NCBI GenBank assembly: GCA_950097015.1
Contig: CATNEN010000039.1
Location: 9,858,001-9,922,000 of the forward strand
From: Macrostomum hystrix
Taxonomy: Eukaryota > Animalia > Platyhelminthes
Direction of reading: 5' to 3'
Length of the DNA stretch: 64,000 nt
This document shows, in pieces, positions 37,659-52,165 of this stretch. Within the stretch, counting starts at the first letter, position 1; every line of letters begins with the position of its first letter. The notes under the pieces were generated by a model that made no database searches, was not told where the DNA came from, and saw only the letters and a list, made by a program, of their open reading frames with translations. Both the position numbers and the translations under genes were made by a program.

Positions 37659-39490
37659 TATTTAACTTGCATGCGCCCAACGGTTGTAATCTAGAGTATA
37701 CACTTGCTAGCTAGCTATGGAAATTGCTTGACTAGAAACACTGGGATTTGGTTATGCCTATGCATTATACAATAGTGGCATAACATATTTTTGGTAGCTA
37801 TAGGATGTCTAGGCATATTCATGATGGACATGGGTTGGCATGGCTAGCATGCTAGCTGTCATTCGGCTGTCAATGTTGGGCACGCACTACATCAGCATGT
37901 GGCGCTCCAACGTCGCTATATTTCTACGAAACTAAAATGTCTACCAGGTAAGAAACGTCTTTTGTCATAAACACAGAACTTATTAACAAGTTTAGTTTTA
38001 GGCAGAGATTCATGGAATCTTTAATTAGGTTCCATTTTATACATATAATCTGGTTTCGTAAAAATTACAATAAATAAAATAGATTTCAAATTGTTGCCAA
38101 AATATTTGTTGGTTTAAACAAACATGTAGACTCTCGATTACGTTTACAGTTATTTGCGTAATCTAGCTTATCTGTAATTCTATTTCTAAATCAGTTTCTG
38201 CAAAAACAAGCAGCATATGCAATTAAATAATTAAATTTGCGACTAAGTGTTTATATTTTTATCAAGAAACGAAGAATAAAGCTGTCGCATATGTTATTTA
38301 CACTAATCACATATGTCCATTGCAAACTAAGTCTGAAAGCTCCTAAACAATTATTTTCAAAAAATTGTTCTAGCTATCACTTGAGAAAAATACCACTTAA
38401 TGTCTACTTAAAAGGAGTTCGCTATTGTTATTGATATTTTCTATTGAATCTGCTTTGCTATTTTATTTAATAAAGGATTGTTGATACTTAGTTCTAGAAG
38501 GACCACTAGGAGTAGAATAGTGGTTCCTGAGTACTAGCCCATATTAAATGCTAAGTCGAATAAACATGTCACGAGAAGAATTTCTTTGAAATACAAACGC
38601 GGAGACCAAGCTCCTACTTTGGCATAAATTAAGTGTGGCGAATGATCGAATGTATTTAACAAGATATTGATTTTCATCTCGCCAAGTACAGGAACTGAAG
38701 CACATTAGAAAACTGTACGTCGCCATAACCGGACACTAAGCTAACATTAAGTTAGTAATACTACTTAATGATAGAGATAAGTAGTGCATACGGCACAGCC
38801 AGAAGTTATATCTAATTGTACCAAAGGTATTTGAGCTGAGTGTAATCAACGAACAGCGCGTGACATTCACGACGCTTATTCTGTTGACGGCTTTATTATA
38901 CATAAAAATCATGGTGAGAATGTCCAGTACATGTAATTAAAAACAAAACTAAATTAAGTAAGAAAATACTCTGCGAAAGAAAACAATGCTCAGCTTGTTA
39001 GCCACGAACAAATCATAAATGAGACAAAGCAATACTTTCAGGCAAAATAGTAAAGACTGCTAGAAAGAAATACATCTAACGCAAACAATAGAAAAATCAT
39101 ATGCTTGTATAGTCATGCAACTCACAAAAATGGATGCCTCGGTCTAAAGTGGCTTAAGTCAACACTAATTACTTGGGATTTGTGAGGCAACCCTCTTTTA
39201 ATATAACTAGTGAGAATCGCTGATTAGTTGATTATAAATAAACGGTAATAACCTAATCTACAGCTGATTGGTTGGAACAGAAACACTAAGCGCGAAGAAA
39301 AAAAACTGTACCCTAGAACATCGATGATTGCCTGATAAACGAACGCACGACTTGTAAAAAAAACTATACCACAGATCGTCGCTAACTGGCTAGAGTTTTA
39401 TTCCAAAAAATCGAACAAGAAATGTAGCTCTTTTAATTTTTACTTAGCCATGTTAATAACGGACTCTACAAGACTCGAAGGCAGTTATTA

Positions 39491-42400
39491 CTAGCCAGTG
39501 AGTCCACTCAAAGTGTCCTTCAGGCCTGGTGGCACTGGCAGGCTGATTCCGCGTCGCTGCAGCTCGCGCAGCACTTCCAGTATGAGGTCCAGCTCCGATC
39601 TGAACTGGTCAATCTGACGGGCACGAGTTTCAGCTGTCTGGCGCCAGCGGGTCACCTCGGCCTGGGCGTCAGAACGCGCAGCGGCGCGAGTCTCCCTGAG
39701 TAGCTGCTCAACTCCGCGCTCTCGCTCAGCGTGCCGCGCCTCCAGCTGCCTGATTCGATCGCGCAGAGCCACAAACTGGCGCATCTGGGGCGTGTGAGCG
39801 CCGCGCTCGTCGGCCAGGACGGCGCGCAGCTCGGCGACTTCGGCTGCTAATTCGCGCTCACGCCGACGCAGCTGCTCAGTTGATTCGGCTGAGCCGGTAG
39901 ACGATGCCACCGCTGCCGCCTGCGCCTTCAGGTGCTCGATGACAGCCTCCTGGGAGTCGAGACGAGCCTATAGTTGTTTTAGGAGATTTATAATCCCGCA
40001 ATCTCGCAATTGAGCTCGAAATTTATAAACTCAGTAATTATTTCTCAAGTTATTTAGTAATATAATCCGATGTTTGAGCCCCCCAAGAAAAACTCTCCTA
40101 TGTTTCCTTTCAGAAATTGCGATACCACTTGCTCCCACTCCACCTGCTCCCACTCCACCTGCTCCCACTCCACCTGCTCCCACTCCACCTGCTCCCACTC
40201 CACCTGCTCCCACTCCACCTGCTCCCACTCCACCTGCTCCCACTCCACCTGCTCCCACTCCACCTGCTCCCACTCCACCTGCTCCCACTCCACCTGCTCC
40301 CACTCCACCTGCTCTTGCTCTTGTTCCCGACACCCGGCTGCCTCTACCGTTTTTAAAACGTAACACAGCACCCGCTTCCGAAAGAAATATTTCCTGGTGA
40401 AAAATAATAGCAACTAAATTTATGATTAGGGTATTAGAAAAAAGTGAGTGTAACTACATGTGTGTGGAGTAGCAACATGTATGGCGAAGTCATCTAATTA
40501 GTCATACTAAATTGCGCCAACCTGCAGTTCGGCGACTCGCGACTCCGCGAACGTCTTGGCGTGCTCGGCGACCAGCCGGTCCAGCTCGCGCGTGTGAGCC
40601 GCCGCCACCTCCGTCAGCTTGGCGTCTGCTCGACGACGCGACTCAACCAGGAGGTTGCGCTCCGTGGCTAGCTCGGCCCGCGCCGACGCTAGACTAGTCT
40701 CCATGGCAACTAGTTGCTGTCGCAGGCTGTCTACCTGACGCTGATGCTTCTCAACGGCTGATGACAGCTTGGCGGAGTAGGCCTAGCCAAAAACAATGGT
40801 CGAAAGTATTTTTATACAGGTAACCTTAGCCCCCTGATTCTCCCTGTCCAACAGGCAACACAGGTAATCCAGAAGAGACACACCTGTGTCTCCTAGTCTA
40901 ACAGGTATTACAGTTAATCTAGAAGACACACACCTGTTTCTCCCTGTTCAACACAGGTAACACAGGTAATCCAGAAGACACCCACCTGTTTCTCCCTGTT
41001 CAACACAGGTAACACAGGTAATCCAGAAGACACCCACCTGTTTCTCCTTGTCCCTGTCAGCGTCGCGCTCCCGCCTGGCTCTGTCGAGTTCGGCCTGTTT
41101 CTCGCGCAGCTCCCGCTGCAGCGCCTCGGCTCTGGCCAGCGCCCGCCGCTCGTTCTGCGTCTGCGCCGCTTCGCTCGCGGCCTCCGTGCGGATCCGTTCA
41201 ATTTCGCGATCCTTCTCGAGCATCTTCTCGCGATGCCGCAGCCGCAGGGCCTCTAGTTCGCGCTGCAGCGAAGTCAAGGAGCCGTGTGGCCGGCCCTGAG
41301 CCTCCTTGAAGCGCTTGAGGTCCGACTCCAGTACCTAAGCAGACGCGGAAAATAAAGCATTTTAAAAGCATTTTAGGTGGGATTTTAGGGATAATCAGTG
41401 GGATTTTAGGGATAACTAGTGGGATTTTAGGGATAACTAGTGGGATTTTAGGGATAACTAGTGGGATTTTAGGGATAACTAGTGGTTTGTTTAGGGATTA
41501 TCAGTGGGATTTTTTGTGATAATCAGTGGGATCTTTTGTGATAAATATTGGGATTTTAGGGATAATTAGTGGGATTTTAGGGATAATCAGTGGGATTTTT
41601 TGTGATAATCGGCGGGATTTATAGGATCCATTATCGGACTTAAAGCGCTTATTCGTAGGATTTTATTAGATTCATCAAGAGAATTTAAAAAAAATCCGAA
41701 TTTATTAGGAGGCTTTGATTTCCAAGAAATCCTAGATTTTCCAGTCGCTCACCTGAATGCGGCTCTCATAGTCCTCCTTGGCAGCCTCGTATCTCTGCCG
41801 GAGCGCCCGCAGCGACCTGGCCTCAGCCGATTCTCGCTCTCTCAGCCGGGCCTCCAACTCACCACAGCGACGCTCCAGGAGCTCCCTGGTGTTGTCCGAT
41901 GTTCCACCAATGAGACTGTCGGCGACTCCATCGCCACGTCGCCTTGTAACGGCGAGGATAGACTCGAGTTCGCGAACCTGAAAAGAAGCAGGCGCAGGAA
42001 TGATTACGATTACAATTTTTTACTAAAATAGACACATTTCAAATTAATCTACTTAAAGTAGAAATATAAGCAAATCAACATAATTCAATAATAAAAGCAC
42101 AGCGGACCTGTCTCTCAAGATCTCGAACCCGAGCGGCCGATGCGCCAGCATTTTCGATTTCATCATCCTCCTGCTGGCCCCGTCGCCGCCTCTGCAACAG
42201 TTGAATGCGCTGCTTCTCGGCCACCTCCAGGCGATCGCGCAGCTCGGAAATGGAGGCCTCCTGTTCGCGCAGCTTAGCTTGGTCTTTGTCAACCAGACGT
42301 TGGTTTTCAACGAACCATTTCACCTGGAAAATTAGGTAAGACAGCTGTACAGGTGAGTTACATACTCACACAACTGTAGTGTGCTCATCGACAGGCAGTG

Positions 42401-45400
42401 TGTACACAAGGTCATTGGCCCTCAAGGGCGTAAATTGCACAGGCGCAAGCCACAAACTGGGAAAGTAGATATTCCGCGTGCCGAAGCTATATTTAGAGGC
42501 GACTCACCTTCCGCTGCAGCCGGTCGATCTCGGCCTCGTACTGCTCGCGCATTTTGTCCAGCTCGACGCCTCGCACCGAGCGGGCCGCGGTCAGCTGATC
42601 CGCCGCAGCCAGCCGCTCCCTAGTCAGCCGGTCCAGCTGCTGCTGCAGTTCCAGGCGCTCACGTTGGCTATTGTCTGACTCAGCGCGCGCCTCGTCCAGT
42701 CGACGCCGACAGGCGCGAAGTTCGGACTCAAGCTGAGCGCAGCGCTCCTGTGAGAAGACAGAAATTTCTGCTCAAATGTACTCGAGAAATGCAAACCAAA
42801 CTGGTGCTCTGGAGTATGTAGTGTTTATTGTGCAGTCCGTGGGTTCATTGTGCAGTCTGTGGGTTCATTGAGCAGTCTGTGGGTTCATTGAGCAGTCTGT
42901 GTGTTCATTGTGCAGTCTGTGGGTTCATTGAGCAGTCTGTGGGTTCATTGAGCAGTCTGTGGGTTCATTGAGCAGTCTGTGGGTTCATTGTGCAGTCCGT
43001 GGGTTCATTGTGCAGTCCGTGGGTTCATTGTGCAGTCCGTGGGTTCATTGTGCAGTCTGTGGGTTCATTGAGCAGTCTGTGGGTTCATTGAGCAGTCTGT
43101 GGGTTCATTGAGCAGTCTGTGGGTTCATTGAGCAGTCTGTGGGTTCATTGTGCAGTCTGTGGGTTCATTGAGCAGTCTGTGGGTTCATTGAGCAGTCTGT
43201 GGGTTCATTGTGCAGTCTGTGGGTTCATTGAGCAGTCTGTGGGTTCATTGAGCAGTCTGTGGGTTCATTGAGCAGTCTGTGGGTTCATTGTGCAGTCTGT
43301 GGGTCACCTGCTGTTGAAGCAGAGGACCAGCATTGGTAATCGGGCCGGCCCCTGGGTGCTGCTGCTGTTGCTGCGACGGTGGCAGTCTGGAGCGCAGCTG
43401 AATCTCCTGACGTTCCAGCTGCTCGCGCGCTTCGCGCAGCTCCTGAATGAACATTAAGATTAGAAGAAAATATAGTCACAGGGCTTAATAATAATAATAA
43501 TTGCAGGAGTCATATCTACAAACTCAACAAACTGGGAAAGTAGATCTACAAACTCATATCTAACTGGGAAAGTAGATCTACAAACTCATATCTAACTGGG
43601 AAAGTAGATCTACAAACTCACATCTAAGTGGGCAAGTAGATCTACAAACTCATATCTAAGTGGGCAAGTAGATCTACAAACTCATATCTAAGTGGGCAAG
43701 TAGATCTACAAACTCACATCTAACTGAACAAGTAGATCTACAAACTCATATCTAACTGGGCAAGTAGATCTACAAACTCATATCAAACTGGGAAAGTAGA
43801 TCTACAAACTCATATCTAACTGGGAAAGTAGATCTACAAACTCACATCTAACTGGGAAAGTAGATCTACAAACTCACATCTAACTGGGCAAGTAGATCTA
43901 CAAACTCATAGTTAACTAGGGAGGCACAAACTGGCAAATCTATTTCGAGAGTTTGTTTAACAGCTGCCCGTCTGCAATCACCTGCTCGATCTGCAGCTTC
44001 TGGCCGCTGAGCGCATCCGCCAGTCCCTTGCCAGACGCCCTGGCAGCCTTGAGCTCGGCGTACAGTCGCTCGTTCTCTCTCTGATAGCCAGTCAGAAGCT
44101 CCTCCTGCTCGCGCAGCTGGTTTGCGAGTTTTTCCACCTCCTCCTTCGTCACATCTGGTCCCAGCGGCCGCTGCTTCACTAGGCGCCAGACTGATGATGA
44201 CGACTGCTGCTGCTGCTGCTGCTGTTGAGGCTCCAACTCGAGGCGAGCTTCCAGTGTGCAGATCTCCTGCCTCAACTGTTGAACCTCTTGCTCGTGTCGT
44301 CGGCGAGTGCTCTCAGCCTCTTTGGCACGCTCTAGTTCCATTAAGCGCAGATCCGACTCCAGTTTGACTCGGTGGGCCTTTTCGGCGCGCAGAAGATCGC
44401 GCCATTCGTCAAGTTCTTCTTGTAGATAACGCTGCTGCTGCTGCTGCTGCTGCAGTAAAAAAGGTAGAAACTAATGATTGGCCTGTATTTTGCTTTCTGG
44501 CAGGGCCTTCACTCACGAAAGGAGCCTTCAAGCACCAGACAGCATGTAGGGTGCATTTAAAAACTCATAGAATCCTTAAGCTTTAGACAGCCTTTAAGAA
44601 CGTAGGGAGTCATCAAGTACTATAAAGCCTTTAGTAAGGCAAGGAGCCTTCAAGCACCAGATGGAAATTAAGAACATAGGGAGCCTTCAAGCATTAGAGC
44701 TAGGCTCCCTACTCCAGTGGGGAAGTATTGAGCCTTCTGACAATCGCTTTATAATATTGCCCTCACATGATTGGCGGGTTGTTGAACTTGTTGAGACTGT
44801 CTTTTTTGGTTCTGTTTCTGCTGCTGCTGCTGTTGTGGCAGCGGCGGCGGCTGAGCTGGCAAAGACTGAGGTCGCTGTGCACCGCCGCCGCGACCTTTGC
44901 CGTAGCCGGAGCTCTTAACGTGAACAAACTTAGCGCCTAAGGATTGCTGTTGCTGGCGCTTGCTTGACTTTGCGTGCTGCTGCTGCTGCTGCTTCAGGTC
45001 TTCTTTCACCGATGGCGGCCGAGCCACCTTGGGATTGGCGACTATTTTTGTCTCGTCGAAAGCCGTAGGTCTTTGTCTTCGTTGAGCGGGCTGCGGCTGC
45101 GGCTGCTGCTGCTGCTGCCGCAGCGATGGCTGGGGTGGCAGCGGCGGCGGCGAAGGAGACAGATTTCGCAGCTGCCGATGAGGCGACTCCTCAGGTCGGG
45201 CAGTCATGACTTCGTTGTGCTCAGCAAGTAGGTCGTCAATGCTCATCTCCTTCTGCTCAGTGTTTGCCGGGCGAAGCACCTGGAAAAAGCGAATCGAGTC
45301 TGTGATCACAATTCTTCAAAGTCAAGCCTTGGTCCCTGAAAATTCTTACCTGCATTGCGAACGACTGCGTCGCTGATGGAGCTGTCACCGTCATTGCTCC

Positions 45401-48400
45401 GACCGTTCCAGAGCCTGACTGCTGATGCCGCTGCTGCTGGCCTTGGTCAGTCGGCAGGCTGTTCAGACCGGACGCGAAGAAGCCGGTGGTGGCCCGACTG
45501 TGCCGCTGATCCGTGGACTCTTCCAGTGTGTCCAGCTTTCGCTTGTAGGCCTCCCTAACCGCGCTCAAATCTGTCTGGCTGTGCAGAGTGTCCCCATTGT
45601 GCTGCTGCTGCTGCGCCGGCTGCTGGACCAGCTGCTGCGAGGAGGAGTCCAGGGACTCCAACAGCGACACCTTCGATAGCATTGATGGCTTGCCGCGAGC
45701 TTCGGCCAACAAGCCGGAGGCGTCCAGCTCGCTGACAGTAGCTTCGCGCGCGCCAGGAGCAGCCGCCGACTCCGTGTCCATCGTGGTCAGATCGTCGAGG
45801 TCGCGACTGTCGCCGAATTGAGCCGGTCGACCGCGCAGAGGTGGCGCCTCCGAATCTCGACTGCTGCGAGTCAGTCGGAGGCGAAGCTCGTCGGCGTCGT
45901 CGTCTTCCGCATCATCGACGCCTAGAGCTACCGCGGCAGCGGCGTATTCTTCTTCTATGTCATCGTCATCATCTGCGCGACCGATGCTGGCGACGCCAGT
46001 CTGCTGAAGAGTGTCGTCAAGGTTACCAGAGCCGCCGCCGCCACTGCCCTGAAAAATATTTTAAATAGCATAAAGTGGGGTGGGGTGAGTGCGGACTCCA
46101 AAGAAGTCCCAGAGCTTGATTCTGCAACGAGACCATGATGGGAAGGCCTGTGGGCTTGTGTCACATTTACGCCGACGGGAAAAGCTCCAATGCTCTTTTG
46201 ATAAGAAATTCTGTGCGCTAGGGTCCTGTAGCCTTGTGGCTAGAGCTTTGGACCTAGGACAGAGAGGTCGCGAGTTCGATTCGCAGCATAATGGAAATAG
46301 TTAGTGTCCCAGAGCTCCACAATTTCTGTGGTAGTAATTTAACTGGATTTAGCGGCCACCACAGTCCACGGACTGAACAGCAGTACACAGGCTGTGCCAC
46401 TGGCTGTAGATGTGGCACAATCGGGCGCTCACCTGCTGCCGCTGCAGCGGCTGCTCGCGAGTTCGCCGCAGGAAATTCTTGCCAGTGCCCAGCTGGGCCA
46501 CCCCGGAAGAGCCGTCGCTAGAGTCGGCGCCGAGGCTGGCACGGCCGGCGCCGTCTTCGTCCCGGTCCCACCAGGGCGACTCGTTAATCTTGGCCGGCCG
46601 CTTGGCCGAGGCGCGCTTTTTAGAGCCGCCGCGTGACGGCTTCTTCCTCGGCGATGATGGGTCACTGAGCGAGTCCGAGCTCTGTGAATAACATACAGAT
46701 TTTTATTGCTTATCTTTGCAGTGAGTCACTAGCCAGGGGGTCAGTGGCAGAGCGTTAAACGCGTCAGCCTCTCGCACCAAGGTTATCTCGATTCCGCGGT
46801 GAGGCCACATTAAATTGGTGCGCAGCCGCGGAGTGAAGGTTTGGAGAATGTCGTAAAATTTACGCCCTTGAAATTTACCTCCAAGGCACAGTAAGAGTGT
46901 AAACTGCCTGGCGATGAGAAAGAGTCAAGGCAGATGTACACACCCTGTGTCAGCGTGTGCCTGTATAACAGTATCTGAGTTAGTGTGTGCTCAGGAGTCA
47001 GTGAAATGGGCAGATTTGCCCCTGGCTGGCTGCGGGTCTAGTGTCACAGTGTGCAATTGCTCGCAGCCCTCCTACAATTAGGAGTATTATTATTATTAGC
47101 GAGTCACTAGCCACTAGGATTAACGCCTAGCTCTCATTAGCCAACCAGTTGGCCATTGCCGCTGTATGGCCCAGCATTTAGTGGAATCTCATTAGTTAAA
47201 GTTAAGGTTTGGAGCTAAGGGTGTCTGATAGCGCTTGTGCTAGGTAAACCGTTGGTTGGTATTTCCACGGTTTTTCCACCGCTTTTGCCGCACACCCACC
47301 CGCAGAACTTCTGTCTGTAACATTATTCCAGCCAATAAAAGCTTGAAAAGCCTCAGCCAATGGCAGAGATGGGAGAGAATGGCTATAAATACAAAACGCC
47401 CTGTCTGAGCGTGTACTTAAGTACACGCAGGTACACGAATCTGCGAACCTGCGTATCTGTGTTTGTGTGTGGGCAGAATTAGTTCGTACTCGTACCTCAG
47501 ACTTAGCCGCAGAGCATTGTTGTGGAAGGATTTCCACGATACTTGTCTTGGATCTCGTGTTTCCAGGTGTTACTTATTTTTCTAACCTACAGGTCGAAGG
47601 TTTTAAAGAAGTCTAAGGAATGTTCGACCCTTCCGACCTAGGTCACCTCAACAAGCATTAATTTTCAAGAATTTGTTTCAGGACCACTGTCTTCAGGTTG
47701 GAGAATTTCCCGTTAAAGCTACGTGTCCAAACTAAATGACCGCAAAAGGCCTGCATTTCTCTGATGTCCCGACTCCGCTTCTGCACATCATTCAAGAACT
47801 GCAGCTGCTCGTGGTGGACATTACTTCTTGCCTGGCTGCGACCCACCGTCTCCAATCTTCTTTTGCAGGCGTCGCTCTTCGCGGATGAGGCTGTCCCGGG
47901 CCAGTTTCCACTTCTGCTTGACGGCCTCCTTGGCTGAATTCAGCTGGCAGGCAATTTCGTACCAAGAGTTTTCTTTCTTGTTTCTGTCGCGGCAATCTCT
48001 GCGGCAGGTGTCATATAGGTGCTGGTAGTTGCGGCTGCCTCGATGAGCGCTTCCTCGTAATCTCTGTCCTGGCAGTTAGCCATTGCAGTCAAAGATAGAG
48101 CATGCATGCGGTTTATTACCACAACTGAGTGATTGACCAACAAAACAGATTGTGACCAATGCAACTGATGAGGATTGCAAGATGAAGTTGCTTCAACGAC
48201 TGACTGGTTTACAATGCAAATTTGTGGGGTGGAGTGCCAACTGACAAATGATTAACTGCCATCAACTGTAGGCACTAAAGGCCACAAATTGTTCCAGTGA
48301 ATTGGGAATCGAAACCCAAACCTTCAAGTTGGCAGTCTAACACTCTGAGCACTAGTCTACAACCCTTTTTGTAGCTACATATATTGTAAAGTTTTATCTC

Positions 48401-49355
48401 TGCAGATATTATATGCTCATGTGGGCACTTTGGAGAGAAAATAAAGAAAATGTGTATACAGCTGGATTTTATTTTTATCGTCTAGTTGAGTCAGCTATTT
48501 TTATCTGAATTCAGGAATGGTGATTTAGGAGTGAAGTGATTTCAGTATTTTACTTTTAGCTTTTTGAAAATCCTCCCAACTGAGTGCTGATAATTAAATC
48601 TTTACTTTTATTACACAATACATTTGACTGGTCTGGCTATTCATACATAAATATACAGTAACAAGATTCTTGCCAGTACAAGAACGTAACAATAGGCCTA
48701 GCACTGTAGACTTCAGTTAAAAAGCTTAAATTGATTTATCTTTAGATTACATAAAATATAAAATTATTTAATAGGCCCCTAGCATATACAAATATATGTC
48801 ATTTTATTTGATTTCTCAACTAAGTCCCTAGAATTATCTACATATATAATTGCAAACTAACTAGATCTAGTTGTTCTGCAATCAGTTTTAACTAGTTGTT
48901 TTTAATAAATAAAACATTATGCCTTTCCATTTCTTTATTAAAAACTAAACTTATTGGTCTGCTATATGTAATGTAAGTTTTATTACATTATCCGACCTAT
49001 GTCTTTTAACTCATTCAGTTTGACTTAGCAACTATGCTTTACGGCTATCCTAAGAATGGGTATGTGGCTACTTTAAAATTGTAAACTTTTCTCCTTTTTT
49101 GTTAAGTATATGGACATAGTAGATTAAATATATACCATACTACATAGGCCTATTTAGCTAGAATATTTATAATTCATGTATTATCCAAGGCTAGGGCATA
49201 GCCTGATTCACACTATGTAAAAACATTAGGCAGTGCTGTGGTGTGAAGAATTACATAGCTAATACAATAAATTATAATCTAGAACTTACCGCATTCATAA
49301 ACTTTTCAAACCCAGCATGATCGAAGGAACTTCGAGCAGTGTTTATGTCAGACAT
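39491..49355 (-). CDS. CEP162: Centrosomal protein of 162 kDa-like coiled-coil protein, 12 exons
   Basis: Exons 49355-49290, 46681-46433, 46048-45350, 45279-44767, 44449-43982, 43442-43308, 42747-42508, 42323-42108, 41977-41753, 41334-41038, 40782-40522, 39967-39491, all introns phase 0. Motifs FEKFMN, PWW, MLSKVSLLESLDS, VKSSGYGK, EQEELLTGYQRENERLY, KWFVENQRLVD, HTPQMRQF, FRSELDLILEVLRELQ match my recollection of CEP162. Confidence 0.85.
40130..40312. repeat. 15-bp intronic minisatellite
   Basis: (gctcccactccacct)n. Confidence 0.95.
40835..41048. repeat. 52-bp tandem repeat that includes a CEP162 5' splice site
   Basis: Minus-strand unit gagaaacag|gtgggtgtcttctggattacctgtgttacctgtgttgaacagg, about 4 copies. 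Confidence 0.85.
41378..41620. repeat. 21-bp intronic minisatellite
   Basis: Unit gtgggattttagggataacta. Confidence 0.85.
42826..43305. repeat. 20-bp intronic minisatellite
   Basis: (gggttcattgagcagtctgt)n. Confidence 0.95.
43512..43915. repeat. 32-bp intronic minisatellite
   Basis: Unit aactgggaaagtagatctacaaactcatatct. Confidence 0.92.
46736..47098 (+). mobile_element. tRNA-derived SINE (family A), full length
   Basis: A-box TGGCAGAGCG, degenerate B-box TCTCGATTCC, (ATT)n tail, TSD GAGTCACTAGCCA at 46723-46735 and 47101-47113. Confidence 0.88.
47760..48083 (-). pseudogene. Frameshifted MADF (Myb/SANT-like) domain ORF in CEP162 intron 1, probably a Harbinger transposon relic
   Basis: Joining frames gives MANCQDRDYEEALIEA/RNYQHLYDTCRRDCRDRNKKENSWYEIACQL..KQKWKLARDSLIRE..GKK/VHHEQLQFL, a MADF consensus with two frameshifts. 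Confidence 0.75.
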
Positions 49356-51009
49356 TGTGAAGATTGCAGTTTGATTACACACTAATTTTTAATATAAAAT
49401 AAGCAAATGGTAAGTGAGGACCTAACTAATTTTAATTAAAATAAAAATATAACATATTTCATATTAGGTCTAGCTAACTAGGTTTCTAATCATGTTCGCC
49501 ATAGTTGAAAGTTGAAACTATGCGGGCGATAGGCCTAGAAGTGACGTAGTGGTCGTGGATACGGGTCTTCTTGTTCTTCACAGTCTTCACGGCATCAGCT
49601 TTTTAGAAGATTTAAGCTTTATAAAATGTATCAAATAGGCCCTATTGTACGAACAACAAGCGATCTTATGATATATATGATGCGTATTGACAAGTACTTG
49701 TAGATGAAGGGCTAGGCTAGATCACATTATCTATTATCTATGGTTGACTCTATAAAACGTACATTTATTAAAAGTTGTGGTATATCAAAGAGTTGAAATT
49801 CCTTACAAAGCTAAAGTTTTGGAGGTCAATTTTAGATATACAACTCAAAAGTTTCAAGTTTTTTTTTAATTGACCGGAAAAAGAATTCAATTAAAGCCTT
49901 CATGTTTAGCTGATTAAAAAGACTACAAAATTTGTTTTTACAAAAACAAATCCGTGCCCTTATTATATTTTATACCCATCAGAAAAGCGCACTTGAAACT
50001 AAAAGTGCACTCGTATTCGCTGGGTTTGGTTGGGCCAGATCCGATAGTACCATTAAAACTAATCCGAGTATCAGCATGAAAGTTTCGACGCGTCTCTCGC
50101 TACAATGTGCATCTTCAGGTATATTTAATTGTTTGTAACGAAAGTAGAACGAACAAGGCTAATTTCTGATCAATTTGTCAATCAATGAAACCCAATGAGT
50201 AACTTATTTCATATGTACTAATCAGTAATAGGTTGATAGTCCGTAGGTCTGGGCTTTATTATTATTTCTAATTGCAACATAAACGGACCAATTGCATCTT
50301 AAGAGAATTATTATTATTATTATTATTATTAAAAAAAATAATAATAAAAAATAATAATAATAATAATAATAATGCAACAGGTCGGTCTATTTTCACCTGG
50401 AAAGGTGATAATGGCTTAATTAAGGGTATAGATTTCAAGCTCGTGTTCCATTTAATAACGTAAAAACGAATTTGTTATAAAATGCGAACAGGAGAGACGT
50501 AACGCGGGCAGGTGAGCAACAAAATTGTAACTTCATAAAGAAGCGGTCGCTTCTAACAGAGTTCAAAGATCGTCAGACTTCCTCGAATCAATCACCTGGC
50601 CCACTTGCTGCCATGTGCTGTTCAAATGGTTCCGACATGCGGCTCTGCATGCCAAGAGTCGATTTAATCCACGATTGGAGAACCTCCTTGGGCAATCACC
50701 TTCTCAAGACGACCACGAAACGCTTTGCAGCATCTCACCAGATGAGATGGGGCTATGTGACAACTCGTGGGGTGACAGAAATCCGCGGATTGAATTAAAA
50801 CGAAGCTTTCGAAATAAAAGGGTGAACAGCATGAGTCCATTTTGTATATCAGGGTGAAAATTCCAGACAGAAGTTGGGCCATAGACATATGATAAAAATG
50901 ATCGCTTTAAATTGCCGGAGTATGTCAAACTCTCGGAAAGCAAAGCCAACAATTAAAGATTCTGTCCGGATAATTTTAGCGCACCCGGTCTATGGTCTAT
51001 GGTCTATGG

Positions 51010-52165
<1,156 letters not shown>

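Noticed and set aside
41378-41620. Interstitial telomeric repeat (TTAGGG)
   Set aside because: The hexamer occurs once per 21-bp unit, not as tandem TTAGGG.
50600-50870. Possible THAP or transposase remnant (CCSN...LCS)
   Set aside because: Could not reconstruct the C2CH signature convincingly in any frame combination.
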